DNA of 61,621 nucleotides, counting the filler, from Pirum gemmata (lineage: Eukaryota), in the NCBI GenBank assembly GCA_002812295.1. It is 20 parts of 20 records of this genome, joined end to end, with 100 filler letters (N's around TTAATTAATTAA, not from the genome) between each part and the next. Parts side by side here need not be neighbours in the genome. Positions count along the whole stretch, not along the records: positions 52,977 to 55,800 come from PDIN01004539.1; positions 55,901 to 58,722 come from PDIN01004540.1; positions 58,823 to 61,621 come from PDIN01004541.1; 17 more parts are not named here. One strand, given 5' to 3'. The position numbers were made by a program, and so were the translations under genes. The notes under the pieces are model-generated. The model did not search any database and was not told where the DNA came from. It saw nothing but the letters and a program-made list of their open reading frames with translations. This document shows, one piece after another, positions 55,495 to 61,621 of this stretch. Position 1 is the stretch's first letter, and the number at the start of each line of letters is the position of its first letter.

Positions 55495-55724
55495 CAAGCC
55501 GGATAAAACTGTAGAAATCATTTTTTTTTAAGACTTCTTTTCTGAAATCTCTAATTATAACTAGCCAAATTATTTTTAAAAACTAGCCATTGGTTCATAA
55601 TAGAACTTTGTTAGTTGAACTATTTCTCAAAACTTGGTGGTACTTTTTTCTAAAATTGGATCACTTTGAGATTTTTTTGGTTTTCTGCTCATATGGCAGA
55701 TGTCGCCAATTTTTATCCGGCTTG
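55495..55724 (+). mobile_element. MITE family C, best copy, 14-bp perfect TIR CAAGCCGGATAAAA
   Basis: CAAGCCGGATAAAA ... TTTTATCCGGCTTG; at least 7 copies in the window; no TSD identified. Confidence 0.9.
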
Positions 55725-55923
55725 GTAGTTAAAAAAATTTTTTTTTGCATTATTATATTCACGCCTTTTTTTATTATCAGTATTTTATTATGATTTAAAA
55801 NNNNNNNNNNNNNNNNNNNNNNNNNNNNNNNNNNNNNNNNNNNNTTAATTAATTAANNNNNNNNNNNNNNNNNNNNNNNNNNNNNNNNNNNNNNNNNNNN
55901 ATATATATATATAAATAGCAAAC

Positions 55924-58092
55924 CATTTTCAGAGCAAATGAAACATTCGAGATGCCAAGTTTTACCAAGAGCTGAGCAAAACGCCTCAGTTAAATTTCCT
56001 CTACATTCTACGCATTTTTTGATAAACAATTCAGTATAATGTTTTTGACACCAAATACCAGATTTTTCTTTAGAAACAAAAGCACCAACGTCGGATAATA
56101 CATTGCTACATACATCACAGGTAAAACAGTGCCTATGGTACGAGATTACTCCTTCAACAATTACTGTTTCACCTGTCAGTTTTAGTGAACACTTTGGGCA
56201 TACTTTAAATGATACAAAATCCTTTTCACAAAGAACTTGAGATCCAAAGGTATAAAACTTGGTACCAACAACCTCATGACACTTATCACAAGTAAAACAT
56301 AGTTTGTGAAATATTCCAATGGAAGTTTTAATACCCAAATCGGGTGCTACTTTATTATTACAAGAAGCACAATATAGTTCCTTAGAATAGACGGCCTTGG
56401 CAACTTTACCAATATCGTTTGCTAAAACTTCGAAATCTATTCCAGGATCCTGTTCGTATTCTTCTCTTTCATCAGGTTTCAAAACATCCTTATACGCTAG
56501 GTTTGGAAAAGATTTATCGGCTGCATTCGAGTTTTCTGGAAACATTGTTGAAATAGGAGTATACTTTCTATTTGCCGGAATTTGAAAAGAATTTTCAAGG
56601 GAAGGTCTTCCAGACATCATCTTCTCATTTTCAGCGCTATTTTCAGATTTACTATTTTTTCGAAATTCACTGATACTTAATACTCTATTTCGGGTGGATC
56701 TAATACTTCTATCGATGCATGGATTAGGTAGAGCTTTGCCTTCGATTCTTTCCATAGAGTTGAATTGATCTGACTGGGTGTATTTAGCTAAGTCTAACTC
56801 AGAACTTCTTTCATTTTTCGGGCGGTGATCAATAAAATCATCTTCAATTATCAAAGATGCCCTGTGGTTTTGGGCATGAATAGAATTTTTCATCTTTTTA
56901 ACCCAGTCTTTGTGACTTGTTTGGTTTTCAGCTGAAAAAAAAATGTTACGGTCTTCACCTCCAATAATAGTGTTGTTTTCAAATAAATTTGCAGTTTGTA
57001 TACACCATCCTTCGCTAAGGGTAACATCCCAACCTATATCTTTCACCCATTTAATATCACGTAGAGAAAAAGACGCAACAAATATCATTTTCTTTCCTTT
57101 TTTTTGCACGAAATATATGCGCTTGCTCGACAAAAACAAATGATACTTTTTTAATTTGCCTTTCGGTTTTGTGGATACTCTAAGCATTCCTTCTATAATA
57201 TAATCCCCACCTCCTATTAGCGATGGCCCACTCCAGTTTCGAATACGCCCGTGCATTTCCACAAGCCTGGCTAACTGCTCTCTTTTCCTTTTACTTTCGT
57301 TTAAATAGTTATTTAGCTCATTCATGCCATTTAAAGCAAGTTCAAGACGAGAATAATCGTCATGTTTTTTGGACGTCCACTTGTATAACTCTTTCAAAAA
57401 TAACGGATACTTTGTAACACGTTGCAATGGCTTCAAAAGTAATGATCCTAGCGTAACAAGGCCTATTTTTTTAAAATCAATAAAAACCAGTTAATTTTCA
57501 TTCTTCCTGTATGTGTGCATGTGTTTGTTTGTACTTTTGAATGAGATGAACAGACTGGACATAGCATGATATACATAGCATAAGAGGTTACATTAATAAT
57601 ACGAGAAAAGAGATACAATATACGATATGGAGATTATTCAAAATTTACAAGTGGTAAAAGCTCGTTAATTTTATAATGTAAAAAGTAACCGAAGAGGGAA
57701 GCATATTACATACCATACGGCAAATAAGGGAGCGTGTCTTCATCATTTCCGATCCTTTCCGCCTGATTTCTCCTATTTTCTACGCTCATCATAACACCAT
57801 TTTGATGCTTTTCAATAAATAAATCAAAATAAAACAAATATAATAAATTTGGCGAAAAAGAAAAATCGAGAACTAAAACCATAACTTATACAAATATTTA
57901 GTAAGACATGCATGTAAACCATAAAATAAAGAGGTACAAGCAACACAATTGCCATTTAGCAAGCATGATTACTATTTATAAAATCGCCAATAATCAAAAC
58001 AATAGAAAACAAAAACATAATATATAATATACTTAATATATAACGTGGTACTATATTGATACATTACAATAATTGCAATAACGTAACAAATG

Positions 58093-58126
<34 letters not shown>

Positions 58127-58552
58127 GTAAACCACACAAGAATACAATAACTATAACAATACAAAAATATAAAAATATAAAAGTACAATAATATAGTAAA
58201 GTAATAATATAAGCAATACAAATAAAAAAAATTTTAAAAAAACTATCCAATAAAACAATAATGCAACAATAAGAAATAAATAACATACATATAATACAAT
58301 AATAATACAACACAGCACAAAAAAAATAAAAAATACAACATAAAAAAAAATATTAGTATACGTACATCACGAATGATAAAATAATGTAGAAAAATACCAG
58401 CAAAAAATCACTCTGTTTGTTTAGCAATACAAGTATGCGTAATAAGTCGGGATGATTTATACAATACATAGTGTAAATTTTGAAACTCTCTAAATCCTGA
58501 ATAAAAAGTGTTCCTATTATTGGATATCGATTAAACGGATTTGTACCATGAT
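55924..58552 (-). CDS. Dbl-family RhoGEF (DH-PH) with at least three C-terminal LIM domains, partial; exons 58552-58398, 57807-57714, 57462-55924
   Basis: Phase-matched joins give IGTLFIQDLESFKIYTMYCINH...LGSLLLKPLQRVTKYPLFLKEL...LNESKR (DH); IIEGML...YHLFLSSKRIYF...FFSAENQTSHKDW (PH); CASC...HKLCFTCDKC...CEKD, CPKC...HRHCFTCDVC...CQKH and CVEC...WHLECFIC (LIMs). Confidence 0.93.
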
Positions 58553-59968
58553 CTATAGAATTGTATCTTATAATTTTCCTTATGGTGATAGTGCTAGCAG
58601 GAGAAAAAAAATGATGAAAAGTATTTACTTATCACAACATCAACTACAACATCAACTACAACAACACCAACTACAACAACAACTAATAATAATACTAATA
58701 ATGATGATAATAATAATAATAANNNNNNNNNNNNNNNNNNNNNNNNNNNNNNNNNNNNNNNNNNNNTTAATTAATTAANNNNNNNNNNNNNNNNNNNNNN
58801 NNNNNNNNNNNNNNNNNNNNNNCTATTACTACTACTACTACTACTATTACTACTACTACTACAACTACTACTATTACTACTAACGCTAACAAACAAACAA
58901 ACAAAAACCCGACATCAAATTTAAAAACGGATACTATTGTGCTTTTTTATTGTATATTTTTATGATGTGTTAAGGTGTTACTATATTTGGTATTCATATA
59001 TACATATATGGCATGTATATATGTTATTATAGTTTTGCTGTTGTTGAAGTTTTTACTTGTTGGCTAGTGGTTTNTTGACTAGCGAGAGCTATTTTATATA
59101 TAAGCGATTTTTGTAGTTATTGATTTTTGAAAGAGTCAGTTTTTAGTTTTTTTTTTAAGTTTTGTTATTATTTTATATTTAGTTATTTACTAAAGCTATT
59201 TAAATAAACTTGCTTGTTAACTTATTATGATTATATGTAGTATCGAAAGTGTTTATATTAAAGGTTTGAAATTAGTAAAAATAACGTATATAAGCGGCTT
59301 TGTTTTCACTAACTGAAACAAAACAGTCAAATATACGTTATTTTTATTAAGTAAATTAATTAGTAATTATAACTTTACATTATAACATTACAGATACACA
59401 TATCCACATGTATATTTATAGATATACATATATGGTAAGATGATCAACATCACTCAATCACATTCACTTATTTCTGAGGGAAAGTCCACATTATCCCGAT
59501 CACCCAATCATCTAAAATAGGTTAGGGTTGGGTTTAGGGTTAGAGTTATTTATATTAAATCAAGCGATCCAATTAACAGCATCACCAATCAGCATTAAAC
59601 CAAGCGATCCAATTAACGACATCACCAATCAATAAGTAATCAAGATCATTAACAGTGACTTAGTAAGTAGCTAACAGGCTCGAACAAGCTAAGTAGACCC
59701 TGGTACGACATATATTGGTATATGTTTATGTATAATTTATTGTTTATATAGTCATGATTTGTTAGCAAAGCTAACAGATGACAAAATAACTGAAAAGCAC
59801 GATATAGTCGTACCAATAATAATATTACACCAAACCATTTTTCTTTTTCAGATTTGACAATTTCAACTTCATTATTATTATTAATTAATATATAATATAT
59901 TATTATTTCGATTGATTGTGTTATTAATTACTTTTATTTTATATATGACTTACAAACAATAAAATACT

Positions 59969-60200
59969 AGTAGGGGTGAGATGACGTCATTTTATTATTA
60001 CCGAACAGCTGCCGGAACTTTTCCGATTTTATGGTTTTATTACTATTAATGTTAATGTTATTACTTTAATTGATATCTACTATAATTAGATTTACTATTG
60101 TAAGCTATTTAACTGCTATTATTAGTAAGAAACACGGAACTAAGGTTGGCTCGATAAGCATCTGTTCGCAGAAAGTTCCAGTAGATATCTCACCCCTACT
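59969..60200. mobile_element. MITE family A, perfect TSD AAAATACT
   Basis: Perfect TIRs; AAAATACT at 59961-59968 and 60201-60208. Confidence 0.95.
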
Positions 60201-60316
60201 AAAATACTCTACATACATTTGACTTTGTTTTTATTGATTTCCAAAAGACTTACAAAAAACATAACGCTAACAAACAAACAAAAAAAACCGACATCGAAAG
60301 AAAACTGTAGTCGTAC

Positions 60317-61491
60317 CAATAATGGGAGTAACGATAAATCATTTTTCCATTTTCATCAATCACAATGTCAACGTCATCACTACGGTCGTCATCATCAATA
60401 CTAAACAAAGACAATGTTGTTAATAGGGGTGGGTTAAAAGCTTTCTTTTCTTTATTAAGAAGCATCTTTACCTTATTTGTTGTGGTTTGCATGGGCTTGC
60501 AATGTTTGGTGTGATGTAAACTGTTTAACAGTGTGTAATTAATATTGGTGTTTGTATTATTAACGTTAACCAAGTGTGTGGAATTTGACTCAGTTTGCAA
60601 CTTTGGTTGTTGTTGTTGTTGTTGTTGTTGTAATAGTTGCTGTTGTACTACTAGTTCTTGTTCTAATGGTGGGTTTGGAAATGAAGTATTGTTATTGTTA
60701 TTGTGTGTTATTAGTGATCGGTTCAATTGTGCTTCATGTATACTGCTTGGGTCAGTGTCGCTAATTGTATGACGATGAGTATTAATTTCAAACATCTTAA
60801 TACTGTGAGGGGAAAACCCACTGCTTCTTCTTTTTCGTTTTGTTGATTGTTGTTGTTGTGGTTGTGGTTGTTGTTGTGGTTGTGGTTGTGGTTGTTGTTG
60901 TTGTTGTTGTTGTGGTTGTGGTTGTGGTTGTGGTTGTGGTTGTGGTTGTGGTTGTTGTTGTTGTTGTGGTTGTTGTGGTTGTGGTTGTTGTGGTTGTTGT
61001 GGTTGTTGTGGTTGTGGTTGTGGTTGTGGTTGTTGTTGTTGTTGTTCATTTCTATCACTTTGATTTATAGTGGTATTGTAGCTATTGTCATTATTCTCAC
61101 TATTATTGTTTTTATAATTATTGAAATTACTATTGTTAATATTAATGCTATTACTATCATCATTACTATTATGAATAATACTATTATTTTTCTTCTTCTT
61201 TCCACGTATTTGGGTTAGGCTTGACGTGCGACCCCGAGGTGGGGTACATGGGGTGGTTAAGGTAACTTCTTCGTTTAAAAAGCTATTTAAGTTAGGGAAA
61301 CTTTCCCAACTCTTTACTAAACCTAAACTAGGAATTCTTTTTCCCTTCGATATTTTCAAATTTTCAGAAATATCATCCTTATCATTATCATTATCGTTGT
61401 TAACGTTATTGTGACGGTTTTCGTTGTTTTTCTTTTTGCTTTGATCACCTAATTTTGGTATTAATTGCAATGCACTTTTTAATAAAGTCAT
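60317..61491 (-). CDS. Hypothetical N/Q/P-rich low-complexity protein, probable first exon
   Basis: 413-codon ORF with unique segments between poly-N and (QP)n tracts; likely donor TG|GTACGA near 60317, after YSHYW. Confidence 0.7.
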
Positions 61492-61621
61492 TTTTATTGT
61501 TATAATAAATACTATTAATAATAATAATTATAAATTTCTATTTTTTTTTTTTGAAAAAAAAAATTGTAGTTTTTGATTTATTATTATTATTATTTCAATA
61601 TATATAATCATACATTTTCAT

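Noticed and set aside
55924..61491. Alternative (ciliate-type) genetic code
   Set aside because: Long exons are open under the standard code and the Gln tracts use CAA/CAG; no conserved domain needs TAA/TAG read-through.

Overview
AT-rich eukaryotic nuclear DNA with spliceosomal introns, the standard genetic code and TTAGGG repeats; probably a unicellular opisthokont or similar protist/fungus, but the taxon cannot be fixed from sequence alone. The window is not one locus. It is 20 unrelated small scaffolds (mostly ~2.7-2.85 kb, one 3.9 kb, one 5.5 kb) joined by 19 artificial 100-nt linkers (N44-TTAATTAATTAA-N44). Gene fragments rebuilt by hand from phase-matched GT-AG exons: a PQ-loop (PQLC2/YPQ-like) transporter, a GPATCH11-like G-patch protein, a DH-PH RhoGEF with C-terminal LIM domains, an LRR protein, a probable F-BAR first exon and several hypothetical proteins. 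Transposon relics: ISL2EU/Harbinger-type DDE, MULE-SWIM, LINE endonuclease and ORF2 tail, and possible piggyBac and hAT fragments. There are also at least six MITE families and a tRNA-Met-derived SINE. Most ORFs in the supplied track are microsatellite artefacts. Main leads: (1) 'CTAG islands' that parse into TA-delimited 1-3 nt units, plus nested 7-13 bp direct repeats, both resembling stacked DNA-transposon excision footprints; (2) introns filled with mutually complementary telomere-like hexamer arrays that could fold to bridge splice sites or loop out exons; (3) a G-patch gene whose exons appear in the order 2-3-1.
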